A stretch of DNA of 64,000 nucleotides, taken from assembly GCA_963727055.1 (NCBI GenBank), contig CAVSEN010000002.1, positions 305,859 through 369,858 of the forward strand. Reading direction: 5' to 3'. The DNA comes from an uncultured Chloroflexia bacterium. Its GTDB lineage: Bacteria > Chloroflexota > Limnocylindria > Limnocylindrales > CSP1-4. Of the stretch, positions 11,350-20,893 are shown piece by piece (position 1 is the first letter of the stretch; each line of letters starts with the position of its first letter). The position numbers and the translations under genes are program-made. The notes beneath the pieces were generated by a model. It was not told the origin of the DNA. It did no database searches and was given only the letters and a program-made list of their open reading frames with translations.

Positions 11350-12675
11350 GCGGCGCCGGACGCCGGACCGGCGCTCGCCTCGCCCTCGATCGTCTCCGGG
11401 CGCTCGAGGGCGAAGGCCGAGTGGAGGGCGCGCACGGCGGTCACGACCTGGTCCTCGGCGATGATGCAGGTGATCCGGACCTCGCTCGTCGAGATCATCT
11501 CGATGTTCACCCCGGCCTCGGCCAGGGCCCCGAACATCCGGGCCGCATAGCCCGGCGCGTTGTGGATGCCGGCTCCGACGATCGAGACCTTGGCCACGGC
11601 CGAATCGGCGGTCATCTCGCGGAAGCCGAGCTCGCGGATGATCGGCTCGAGGATCCGCTTGGCGCGGGCCAGCTCGACCTCGGCGATCGTGAAGCTCATG
11701 TCGGTCGAGCCGCCGTGGCCGACGTTCTGGACGATCATGTCGACGTTGATCCCGGCGTCGGCCAGGGGCGCGAAGATCTGGTGGGCGACGCCCGGCCGGT
11801 CGGGCACCGAGACCAGGGTGATCTTGGCCACGTTCCGGTCGTGGGCCAGGCCGCGAACCTTGTTGCGCTGTTCCACGAACTGGTCCTCCTTGATCAGGGT
11901 GCCCGGGGCGTCCTCGAACGAGCTGAGGACCTCGATCACGACGCTCGTTGACCCAGCCCAGCTCGACTGCCCGGACCTGCATCACCTGGGCGCCCTGGTG
12001 GGCGAGCTCGAGCATCTCCTCATAGCCGATCACCGGCAGCTGCCGGGCATCGGCCACGATCCGGGGGTCGGCCGTGAAGATCCCCCGGACGTCGGTGAAG
12101 ACCTGGCAGCGGTCGGCACCCAGCCGGGCGGCCAGGGCGACGGCCGTCGTGTCCGAGCCGCCTCGGCCGAGGGTCGTCGTCTCGCCCTGCTCCAGGTTCG
12201 CCTGGCTGACGCCCTGGAAGCCGGCCACGATCACGACCCGCCCGGCTGCCAGCTCCTTGCGCACCCGGCTGGGATCGACGTTGGCGATCCGGGCTCGCCC
12301 GTGGCGGCCGTCGGTGCTGATCCCGGCCTGGGCGCCGGTCAGGCTGATCGCCGGCACGCCCAGGGCATGGAGGGCCATCGAGACGAGCGTCGCGCTCTGG
12401 TGCTCGCCGGTCGCCAGGAGCATGTCCAGCTCGCGTGAATCGGGGTCGTCGGTGATCGCCGCGGCAAGGGCCAGCAGCTCGTCGGTCGTGTCGCCCATCG
12501 CCGAGACCACGACCACGAGGTCGGAGCCGGTCGCTCGCTCGCGGGCGATCCGGCGCGCCACCCGGCGAATCCGGTCCGCGTCGCCGACCGACGAGCCGCC
12601 GAACTTCTGGACGACGAGGGGCCGCGCCGGCGTCGTGGACGGGTCGGCGTCGGTCTCGGATCTGGACCCCAACAT
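11346..12675 (-). CDS. lysC: Aspartate kinase (frameshift near 11945)
   Basis: VQKFGGSSV, VVSAMG, TLGRGGSDTTA and FTDVRGIFTADPR, then ACT domains and MISTSEVRIT in the second frame. Confidence 0.93.
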
Positions 12676-12682
12676 TCGGCCG

Positions 12683-12691
12683 ATTCTAGCA
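12683..12691 (-). promoter_or_regulatory. Extended -10 promoter (TGCTAGAAT) for a probably leaderless lysC operon transcript
   Basis: TGnTAGAAT ends 7 nt before the ATG at 12675; no SD sequence. Confidence 0.6.
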
Positions 12692-12769
12692 GCGGGATCA
12701 CCGGCCGCCCTCGGCGCCCTCGGCCGGCCGGCGCGCTACGCTGTCGTCCGCCCAGAACTGGAGGCCGCC

Positions 12770-13534
12770 ATGTGTTTCGATCTCGACAGCCAGCCCCCGA
12801 TCGAGCCGATCGCCGGTGGGGCGCTCGACCATGAGGACCTCGTCCTTGAGGCGGCCGACGGCAACCACTTTGCCGCGTTCCGGGCGCGGGCCAGCCGGCC
12901 GACGGGCGCGGGCATCGTGATCCTGCCCGACGTGCGCGGCCTGTACGCCTTCTACGAGGAGCTCGCCCTGCGCTTTGCCGAGGCCGGCATCGACGCCCTG
13001 GCGATCGACTACTTCGGACGGACGGCGGGCGTCGCCAGGCGCACGGCCGAGTTCGACTACATGGAGCACGTGCAGCAGGCCAGGCTGCCCGAGCTGCGCG
13101 CCGACGTGACCGCCGGGGCGGCCGAGCTGCGTCGCGACGGCCGGGTCCGGTCGACGTTCACGATCGGCTTCTGCTTCGGCGGGCGACTGGCCTACAGCAG
13201 CGGCACGTTCGGCCTCGACCTGGCCGGGACGGTCGCCTTCTACGGCATGCCGGCGACCGACCGACCCGGCTGGCCGGCCCCGGTCTCCGTGGCGCCGGCG
13301 ATGGCCAGCCCGGTCCTCGGCCTGTTCGGCGGCGCCGACCAGGCGATCCCGCCCGAAGCAATCGCCGAGCTCGAAGGAGCCCTCGGCGCGGCCGCCGTCG
13401 AGCACGAGCTGGTCACGTATCCGGGTGCCCCGCACAGCTTCTTCGATCGCAAGGCCGCCGACTTCGCCGGTCCGGCGGCCGACGCCTGGACCCGGACCCT
13501 GGCCTTCATCGCCGCCCATACCCCGCCGGCCTGA
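12770..13534 (+). CDS. Dienelactone hydrolase family protein
   Basis: GGAGG RBS; PDVRGL, GFCFGG nucleophile elbow, YPGAPHSF. Confidence 0.9.
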   Translation: MCFDLDSQPPIEPIAGGALDHEDLVLEAADGNHFAAFRARASRPTGAGIVILPDVRGLYAFYEELALRFAEAGIDALAIDYFGRTAGVARRTAEFDYMEHVQQARLPELRADVTAGAAELRRDGRVRSTFTIGFCFGGRLAYSSGTFGLDLAGTVAFYGMPATDRPGWPAPVSVAPAMASPVLGLFGGADQAIPPEAIAELEGALGAAAVEHELVTYPGAPHSFFDRKAADFAGPAADAWTRTLAFIAAHTPPA

Positions 13535-13543
13535 TCGCCGGGC

Positions 13544-14506
13544 TCAGGCGTTCGCGATCACCCGCGCTCCGGCGTTGCGGGGAGCGGCGATCGCCACCCG
13601 GCCGGGCACGTCGAGGTCGGCCGCCACGGCGCTGAAGGCGCCCTCGATCCGGCTCAGCGTGGCCAGCCCGTCGGAGAAGGCGATGACCGAGGATCCGGCC
13701 CCGGACAGGCAGGCACCCACGGCGCCGGCGTCACGGGCGGCCTGGACGAGGGCCGGGAACTGGGGATAGGCGGCTGCCCGATACGGCTCGTGGAGCCGGT
13801 CATGGGTCAGGGCGCCGAGGTGCTCGTAGGTGCCCGAGGCGATTCCGGCCACGCCGATCGCCAGGCGGCCCAGGTTGGCGATCGCGTCCTCGAGCGGGAC
13901 CTGGGCCGGCAGGACGTCGCGCATCGCCGCGGTCGACAGGCGCAGCTCGGGGATGAACAGGACGACCTTGAGGTCGCGCGGGACGTTGAACCGGATCGCC
14001 GTCGGCGGGCTGTCCGAGCAGTCGACGACGACGAACCCGCCGAGCAGGGCGGCGGCCGCGTTGTCGGCGTGACCCTCGATCCCCGTCGCGAGCTTGAGCA
14101 GGTCGGCCTGGCCGAGCGGGCCGCCGAGCAGGGTGTTGCCGGCCAGCAGGCCGCCGATCGTCGCGGCCGCCGACGAGCCGAGGCCGCGGCTGAGCGGGAT
14201 CCGGTTCTTCATCTTGATCTGCCAGCCGATGTTGTCGGGCAGCTCGCCCCGGACGGCGACGAGGGCCGCCTCGAGGCCCTGGACGAAGCGGTTCTGGCGG
14301 TCGTCGGACAGCTCGTTGGCGCCTTCGCCCTCGATCTCCAGCTCGATCGCGCCACGGCTCCAGCCGCGGACCTCGAGATCGATCCGGTCGACGAGGTCGA
14401 GCGCCAGGCCAAGGCAGTCATAGCCCGCGCCGAGGTTGGCCGACGATGCCGGGACCTCGACCGTCACCCGTCGCCCGTCGAGCTCCGCCAGCCAGTTCGT
14501 CACCAT
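13544..14506 (-). CDS. thrB: Homoserine kinase
   Basis: VPASSANLGAGYD, IPLSRGLGSSAA, EGHADN, DRLHEPYR, LSGAG. Confidence 0.95.
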   Translation of the reverse strand: MVTNWLAELDGRRVTVEVPASSANLGAGYDCLGLALDLVDRIDLEVRGWSRGAIELEIEGEGANELSDDRQNRFVQGLEAALVAVRGELPDNIGWQIKMKNRIPLSRGLGSSAAATIGGLLAGNTLLGGPLGQADLLKLATGIEGHADNAAAALLGGFVVVDCSDSPPTAIRFNVPRDLKVVLFIPELRLSTAAMRDVLPAQVPLEDAIANLGRLAIGVAGIASGTYEHLGALTHDRLHEPYRAAAYPQFPALVQAARDAGAVGACLSGAGSSVIAFSDGLATLSRIEGAFSAVAADLDVPGRVAIAAPRNAGARVIANA

Positions 14507-14510
14507 CGCC

Positions 14511-15596
14511 TCACCATCCCAGGGTCGCGGCCACCGCCGCCGGGGTCGGATCGGCGACGAGCAGGCTGCCCACGTTGGCGGCGGCCGTCGTCGGATCCTT
14601 CAAGCCCGAACCGGTCAGGACGCACACGATCGTAGCGTCACGATCGATCCGGTTCGCGGCCGCCAGCCGGCTGATGCCGGCCAGGCTGGCCGCTGACGAC
14701 GGCTCGCAGAAGACGCCCTCGAGCTGGGCCAGGTCGCGCCAGGCCGCCAGGATCTGGGCGTCGGACACCGCCTCGATCAGGCCGCCCGATTCGTCCCGGG
14801 CGGCGACCGCCTTGGTCCAGCTGGCCGGGTCACCGATCCGGATTGCGGTCGCGATGGTGTCCGGCGCCTCGACCCGGTGGCCGAGCACGATCGGGGCGGC
14901 GCCTTCGGCCTGGAAGCCGAACATCCGGGGCAGGGACGAGACCAGGCCGGCCGACCGGTAGTCGCCGAACCCGGCCCAGTAGGCGCTGATGTTGCCGGCG
15001 TTGCCGACCGGGATCGCCAGGATGTCGGGCGCCCGGCCGAGGTCGTCGCAGACCTCGAAGGCGGCCGTCTTCTGGCCCTCCAGGCGGTGCGGGTTGACCG
15101 AGTTGACCAGGGCGATCGGGTGGCTGGCGGAGTCGGCCAGCTCGCGCACGACCCGCAGCGCCTGGTCGAAGTTGCCCTCGACCGCGACGACCCGGGCCCC
15201 GGTCACCTGCGCCTGGAGCAGCTTGCCCGCCGCGATCTGGCCGCGGGGCAGGATGACTACGACCTCGAGGCCGGCCGCCGCGCCGTAGGCGGCCGCCGAG
15301 GCCGAGGTGTTGCCGGTCGAGGCACAGATCAAGGCCGTCGCCCCCGCCTCGATCGCCTTGCTCACGGCGACGACCATCCCCCGGTCCTTGAAGCTGCCGG
15401 TCGGGTTCTGGCCCTCGACCTTGGCGTACAGGTTGGCCAACCCGAGCGACGCACCGATCCGGCCGAGGCGGACGAGCGGGGTGAAGCCCTCCCCAAGGCT
15501 CAGGTCCGGGGTCGCCGCGGTGATCGGCAGGAACGCCCGGTAGCGCTCGGTCAGCCGTGGCCGGCCCGGCCCGATCCCGGCCGGCGTTGCGGTCAT
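14511..15596 (-). CDS. thrC: Threonine synthase
   Basis: NPTGSFKDRG, CASTGNTSASAAAY, NSVNP, PVGNAGNI. Confidence 0.95.
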   Translation of the reverse strand: MTATPAGIGPGRPRLTERYRAFLPITAATPDLSLGEGFTPLVRLGRIGASLGLANLYAKVEGQNPTGSFKDRGMVVAVSKAIEAGATALICASTGNTSASAAAYGAAAGLEVVVILPRGQIAAGKLLQAQVTGARVVAVEGNFDQALRVVRELADSASHPIALVNSVNPHRLEGQKTAAFEVCDDLGRAPDILAIPVGNAGNISAYWAGFGDYRSAGLVSSLPRMFGFQAEGAAPIVLGHRVEAPDTIATAIRIGDPASWTKAVAARDESGGLIEAVSDAQILAAWRDLAQLEGVFCEPSSAASLAGISRLAAANRIDRDATIVCVLTGSGLKDPTTAAANVGSLLVADPTPAAVAATLGW

Positions 15597-16868
15597 GCGG
15601 CGGCCTCGATCGGGTAGAGGGTCGCGTCGATGCCCAGGGCGGCCAGGCCGCCGCGCAAATCGTCGAGGGTCTGGCTCGTCGTCACGAACCCGTCGCCGGC
15701 TGCCGCGTCGAGGTCAAGCTGGTCGCGGATCAGCTGCTCGGGCAGGACCGACTGGAAGAACCAGCGGCGAGCCAGTCCGGTGTCCGGGGTGCAGGCGTCG
15801 GCCGCCCGGTCGGCAGCCGGCGGGAGGCCGGCCCAGGTGCTGCCGGCGCCGCGGGCGATCGCCAGCAGGTCGCCCAGGACGGCGCTGCTCGTCGGCCCGC
15901 CGCCGGCTCCCGGACCGCTCGAGCTCGAGCCGCCCGACCGGCTCCGCGTCGAGCTCGATCCGGTTGGTCGACCCACCGGTCCGCCCGAAGCCCGAGTCGC
16001 TGGGAACGGCAACCGGCTGGACCGAGGCCGCGATCGCCGGGGGTCCGGCTTCACCGCTCGGGCGGCCCTCGACGAGGAGCTTGAGACGAAGGCCGTGGAC
16101 GGCGGCCGCCGCGACCTCCTCGGCAGTCACCCCGCTGATCCCCGGCCGACCGAGGCCATGGGTCGTCGCCGGACGACGCTCGATCGAGGCCGGCCGAAGC
16201 CAGCCACCGAACGCGAGCCGGACGAGGATCACGAGCTTGTTCAGGGCGTCGTCGCCCTCGACGTCGCCGGCCGGATCGGCCTCGGCCTAGCCCGCCCGCT
16301 GGGCCTCGAGGAGGACCGCCTCGTACGCCCGCCGGTGCTCGGTCATCGCGCTCAGGATGAAGTTCGTCGTGCCGTTGACGATGCCCCGGACCCGCTCGAC
16401 CCGGTTGGCTGCCAGGTCGCTGCCCAGCGGGCCGAGGATCGGGATGCCGGCGGCGACCGCGGCCTCGAAACGGAGCGGCGCGCCGGTCGAGCGAGCGAGC
16501 GCCTCGAGGGCCGGCCCGTGATGGGCGATCACGTGCTTGTTGGCCGTGACGACCGGCTTGCCCGCGGCGAGCGCCGCCGCGATCAGCGTTCGGGCCGGCT
16601 CGTCGCCGCCCATCAGCTCGACGACGAGGTCGACCTCGGGCGACGCCACGAGGTGCGCCGGCGCGTCGGTCAGGAGGTCCTCGGGGATCCCGGCGGCGGC
16701 CGCCCGGGCCGGGTCTCGGACGGCCACCCCGGCCAGGACGAGGCGCCGGCCGTCGAACGGCGCCAGGCGCTCCGGGCGATCGATGAACGCCCGGGCGACC
16801 GCCGATCCGACCGTTCCGGCGCCGAGCAGGCCGACGCGCAGGGGCGGCTGGGGGGACGGGCTGGGCAT
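15593..16868 (-). CDS. hom: Homoserine dehydrogenase, interrupted by an in-frame TAG (16287-16289) and a frameshift (~15925)
   Basis: GAGTVG, VVTANK, FEAAVAAGIP, GIVNGTTNFIL, G*AEADP, GPGAGGGPTSSAV; lies upstream of thrC-thrB. Confidence 0.88.
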
Positions 16869-16969
16869 GGCCCGAATGGTAGCCGACGCTCGCGCCCGGA
16901 CGCGACCTGGACGACGCCATTCGTCCCCCGTCGTTCCTGCCGCGCGAGCGGCCGCTACACTCCCGGGGA

Positions 16970-17989
16970 ATGGCCCTCGAGCTTGCTCCCTCGCCCCTGC
17001 TGATGCCCCTGGCCGGCGATCGGCCGCGGATCTTCAGCGGGATCCAGCCGTCCGGGATCGTCCACCTGGGCAACGACCTGGGTGCCGTCCGGAACTACGT
17101 CCGGCTCCAGTACGACTACGACGCGATCTACTGCATCGTCGACTACCACGCCCTGACGACCACCCACGACGGCAACCTGCTCCGGGAGCGGACCCGGGAG
17201 ATGGCGGCCTCGCTCCTGGCTCTCGGCCTCGATCCGGAGCACTGCACCCTGTTCGTCCAGAGCGATCGGCCCGAGCACACCGAGCTGGCCTGGCTGCTGG
17301 CGACCGTGACCCCGGTCAGCTGGCTCGAGCGGACGCCGACCTACAAGGAGAAGAAGCTCAACCAGCCCGACGACGTCAACCACGGGCTGCTCACCTACCC
17401 GGTCCTCCAGGCGGCCGACATCGTCATCTACAAGGCGACCGTGGTGCCCGTCGGCCGCGACCAGGCCGCCCACCTCGAGCTCAGCCGGGAGATCGTCCGG
17501 GCCTTCAACGCCCGCTACGGCGAGACGTTCCCCGAGCCGCAGGCCGCGTTCACCGACGCCCCGGTCGTGCTGGGCACCGACGGCGTCAAGAAGATGAGCA
17601 AGTCGATCGGCAACACGATCGACATCTTTGCCGCGCCCGAGGTGATCCGCAAACAGGTGATGTCGATGGTCACCGACACGAAGCGGATCCTGCGCACCGA
17701 CCCGGGCCGGCCGTCGGTCTGCAACGTGTGCCAGCTCCACCGCCACTTCGGCCCGGACTACGAGGAGATCTGGGAGGGCGAGCGAACCGCCCGGACGGGC
17801 TGCGTCGACACGAAGCGGCTGCTGGCCGAGCGGATCATTGCCCACTACGCTCCGGCCCGGGAGCGCTACCTCGAGCTGATCGCGCGGCCCGACCAGGTCG
17901 ACGAGATCCTGGCCGCGGGGGCCGCCCGGCTGAAGCCGCTGGCCGAGGCGACGCTGGCCGAGGTCCATGCGAAGATGGGGCTCCGCTGA
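16970..17989 (+). CDS. trpS: Tryptophan--tRNA ligase
   Basis: FSGIQPSG, HLGN, YPVLQAADI, VPVGRDQ, KMSKS. Confidence 0.96.
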   Translation: MALELAPSPLLMPLAGDRPRIFSGIQPSGIVHLGNDLGAVRNYVRLQYDYDAIYCIVDYHALTTTHDGNLLRERTREMAASLLALGLDPEHCTLFVQSDRPEHTELAWLLATVTPVSWLERTPTYKEKKLNQPDDVNHGLLTYPVLQAADIVIYKATVVPVGRDQAAHLELSREIVRAFNARYGETFPEPQAAFTDAPVVLGTDGVKKMSKSIGNTIDIFAAPEVIRKQVMSMVTDTKRILRTDPGRPSVCNVCQLHRHFGPDYEEIWEGERTARTGCVDTKRLLAERIIAHYAPARERYLELIARPDQVDEILAAGAARLKPLAEATLAEVHAKMGLR

Positions 17990-17999
17990 GGGTCAGCCC

Positions 18000-19286
18000 A
18001 TGACCGAACCGGATCGGCACGAAGCGCGAACGGCCGCGGACGACAGCCGGGCGACCACGGTTGCCGACGTGGCCGGCAGCCTGAGCCGGACCCTCGGCCG
18101 CGACCCACGCTGGTTCGGGGCCCTCCTGGTCAGCGCCACGGTGATCGCGGTCTACTTCGCGATCGCGGTGGTCGGCACGGCGATCTTCGCCTTCGGCGAC
18201 ATCGTCCTGATCTTCTTCCTGGCCTGGCTGATCGCGTTCATCGTGACCCCGTTCGCATCGGCCCTGAAGCGCCTGGTCCGGCCGCTGCCCCAGGCCGCCG
18301 CGGTCCTGATCGTGTACGTCGTGGCGATCGGCTGCCTGCTCCTGGCGATCTTCGTCGTGGCGGCCAACCTGGCCAGCTCGATCGGCCAGTTCGTCCAGTC
18401 GATCCCCGAGATCGAGCAGAACCTGGGCCAGTACCTCGCGCCGTGGCAGGAGCGGATCAACAGCCTGGGCCTGTCGGTCGACCTCGTCGCGCTGGTCCAC
18501 TCGGTGCTGGGCAACCTGCAGGCCGGCGCGGTCGACCTCGTCGGACCGATCCAGCAGGTCGCGGTCGCCAGCATCAGCGTGATCGGCACGGTCCTGATCA
18601 TCTCGATCCTGTCGATCTACATCGCGATCGACCGCAAGCGGATCCTGGCCTTCCTGTTCCGGCTGACACCGAGCGCCTACCGGACCGAGGCGGAGCTCCT
18701 GCGGGTGAGCATCAACCGGTCGTTCGGCGGCTTCCTGCGCGGCCAGGTGATCATGGGCGCGGTCTACGCCGTGATCACCTTTGCCGTCTCGATCGTGTTC
18801 GGGCTGAAGCTGGTGCCGATCACGGCCACCGCGGCCGGGGTCCTGATGGCGATCCCCTTCTTCGGCCCGTTCGTGGCCTGGCTGCCGCCGGTCCTGGACG
18901 CGCTGATCTTCACCCCCGACGCGCTGCTGCCGGTCCTGGTCCTGGCCGGGATCGGCTGGTTCGTGGTGATGAACATCCTCCAGCCGCGGCTGATGGCCGG
19001 GGCGGTCGGCCTGCACCCGATCGTGGTCCTCGGCTCGGTCCTCGTCGGGGGCAAGATCGCCGGCGTCGCCGGGGCGATCTTCGGGATACCGATCGCGGCG
19101 ATCGTGACCGCCTTCTTCTGGCACTACCTCGAGGAGCAGAGCGGCGAGACGGTCACCCAGCGGGCGGCGCGGCGGGTCGAGCGGCGCGAGGGTCGACCGG
19201 TGCGGGTGCCGACCGAGCCGCGGCCGGGAATCGATCCCGACGTCGAGGACGAGGGGCTCAGCGCCGGCGTCTCTTCCAGTCGCTGA
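18000..19286 (+). CDS. AI-2E (PerM) family transporter
   Basis: Multi-TM protein with GFLRGQ, IPFFGP, NILQPRLM, GLHP and GAIFGIPIAA. Confidence 0.9.
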   Translation: MTEPDRHEARTAADDSRATTVADVAGSLSRTLGRDPRWFGALLVSATVIAVYFAIAVVGTAIFAFGDIVLIFFLAWLIAFIVTPFASALKRLVRPLPQAAAVLIVYVVAIGCLLLAIFVVAANLASSIGQFVQSIPEIEQNLGQYLAPWQERINSLGLSVDLVALVHSVLGNLQAGAVDLVGPIQQVAVASISVIGTVLIISILSIYIAIDRKRILAFLFRLTPSAYRTEAELLRVSINRSFGGFLRGQVIMGAVYAVITFAVSIVFGLKLVPITATAAGVLMAIPFFGPFVAWLPPVLDALIFTPDALLPVLVLAGIGWFVVMNILQPRLMAGAVGLHPIVVLGSVLVGGKIAGVAGAIFGIPIAAIVTAFFWHYLEEQSGETVTQRAARRVERREGRPVRVPTEPRPGIDPDVEDEGLSAGVSSSR

Positions 19287-20892
19287 GGATCTCCCGGGCG
19301 GCGTTCTGGCCGGGGATCCCGGTGATCCCGCCGCCGGGATGGGCCCCGGACCCGGCCAGGTAGAGGCCCTCCAGCGGCAGCCGATAGCGGGCACTGCCGA
19401 GCAGCGGCCGCCACAGGAAGAAGCTGTCCAGGCTCGGCTCGGCGTGGTAGGGATGGCCGCCGGTCAGGCCGTACTCGCGCTCGAGGTCGAGCGGGGTCAG
19501 GACCTGCCGGCCGACGACAAGCTTCGTGATTCCCGGCGCGTAGCCCTCGAGGGTTGCCAGGGCCAGGTCGCCCAGCTCGTCGCGGCGGGCCGGCCAGGTC
19601 CCTTCGCGCAGGGCATACGGCGCGTATTGGAGATGGATGCTCATCACGTGGCGGGCCGCCCGTCGGGCGCCGGCCTTCGGCTCGTCGACGAGGGTCGGGT
19701 CGACGAGCGACGGGATCGTCGCCTCGAGGTACGGGGCGGGGCTCGGATCGCCGTACTTCGACGCGTCGAAGGCCCGCTCGACATAGTCGATGCTCGGGGC
19801 GATCACGATCCGGCCACGGAGCAGGTGCTCCGCATCGGGGCCGGCGCCCGCCGCGCTGAAGGCCGGCACGCCGGCGAGGGCCAGGTTGACCTTGGCCACG
19901 GTGCCCGGCGTCCGGATGTTGCTCGCCCGCCAGCGCAGCCCGGGTCCGATCTCGACCGGGTCGACCAGGCGGGTCAGGACCTGCTTCGGGTCGATCCCGG
20001 CAACGACGATCCGGGCCCCGATCTCCTCGCCTGAGGCGAGCACGACGCCCGTCGAACGGCCGTCGCGGCTGGTGACCTGGACGACGTCGGCACCCGTCCG
20101 GATCTCGCCGCCGGCCGCCCGCAGCGCTGCTGCCAGGGCCGCCGAGACCGCGCCCGGACCGCCCCGGGCATAGACCGTCTGGCCCGCAGCCCCGCCGTCG
20201 TTGCCGGCCGAATCGGCCAGGAAGACGGCGGTCGTGCCGGCCGACCAGGGGCCCATCGCGGTGTTCGCGATGCCCCGCGTGGCGAGGATCCCGCGCAGCG
20301 CGTCGGTCTCGAACGACTCGGCCACGAAATCGGCGATCGCCATCGGCAGGACGCGCAGGATCGAGCGGGCGTCCTGCCGGCCCAGGCCCCGGAACGTGCG
20401 GGTCAGCTTCAGGCCGGTCAGCGCGTCGCCCAGCCCGGGCGCGTTGATGTCGGGCGGCGCCGAGCCGCCCAGCTCGGCCAGCAAGCGGCCCAGCGAGCGG
20501 ACGAGGCGATCGAAGGCGGGATAGCTCGTGGCATCGTGGCCGGATCGTGCCCGGAGCCCGTCGGCGGTCCGCTGGACGTCGTCGTAGAGGGTGATCGCCG
20601 AGCCGTCGGGGGCCGGCGCGAAGACCCGCACCTCGGGCGCGATGAAGGTCAGCCCGTGACCCCGCAGGCCGAGCTCGCGGACGACCGACGGCTTGAGCCG
20701 GCCGACCGTGTGGGCGACGGCCGGCACACGGACGCCGGCCTTCAGCTCGTGCGTGTCGGCGATCCCGCCGACCTGCTCGCGCCGCTCGAGGACGACGGTC
20801 GACAGCCCGGCCCGGGCCAGGTAGGCGGCGGCAACCAGGCCGTTATGGCCGGCGCCGACGACGATCGCGTCCCAGGTCTTCGCGACGGCCAT
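19258..20892 (-). CDS. Phytoene dehydrogenase-like FAD oxidoreductase (COG1233), copy 2
   Basis: GAGHNGLVAAAYLA Rossmann motif; TPLDLE; GAHPGGGITG. Confidence 0.9.
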   Translation of the reverse strand: MAVAKTWDAIVVGAGHNGLVAAAYLARAGLSTVVLERREQVGGIADTHELKAGVRVPAVAHTVGRLKPSVVRELGLRGHGLTFIAPEVRVFAPAPDGSAITLYDDVQRTADGLRARSGHDATSYPAFDRLVRSLGRLLAELGGSAPPDINAPGLGDALTGLKLTRTFRGLGRQDARSILRVLPMAIADFVAESFETDALRGILATRGIANTAMGPWSAGTTAVFLADSAGNDGGAAGQTVYARGGPGAVSAALAAALRAAGGEIRTGADVVQVTSRDGRSTGVVLASGEEIGARIVVAGIDPKQVLTRLVDPVEIGPGLRWRASNIRTPGTVAKVNLALAGVPAFSAAGAGPDAEHLLRGRIVIAPSIDYVERAFDASKYGDPSPAPYLEATIPSLVDPTLVDEPKAGARRAARHVMSIHLQYAPYALREGTWPARRDELGDLALATLEGYAPGITKLVVGRQVLTPLDLEREYGLTGGHPYHAEPSLDSFFLWRPLLGSARYRLPLEGLYLAGSGAHPGGGITGIPGQNAAREILSDWKRRRR

Positions 20893-20893
20893 C

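Noticed and set aside
10438-12675. Aspartate kinase-biotin ligase fusion (745-aa ORF)
   Set aside because: Artefact of the frameshift at ~11945; the ACT domains and the lysC stop are in another frame
16287-16289. Amber recoding (pyrrolysine or alternative genetic code)
   Set aside because: Single case at a Tyr position one base from TAC; TAG terminates many other genes here (fabG, apt, rpsU)
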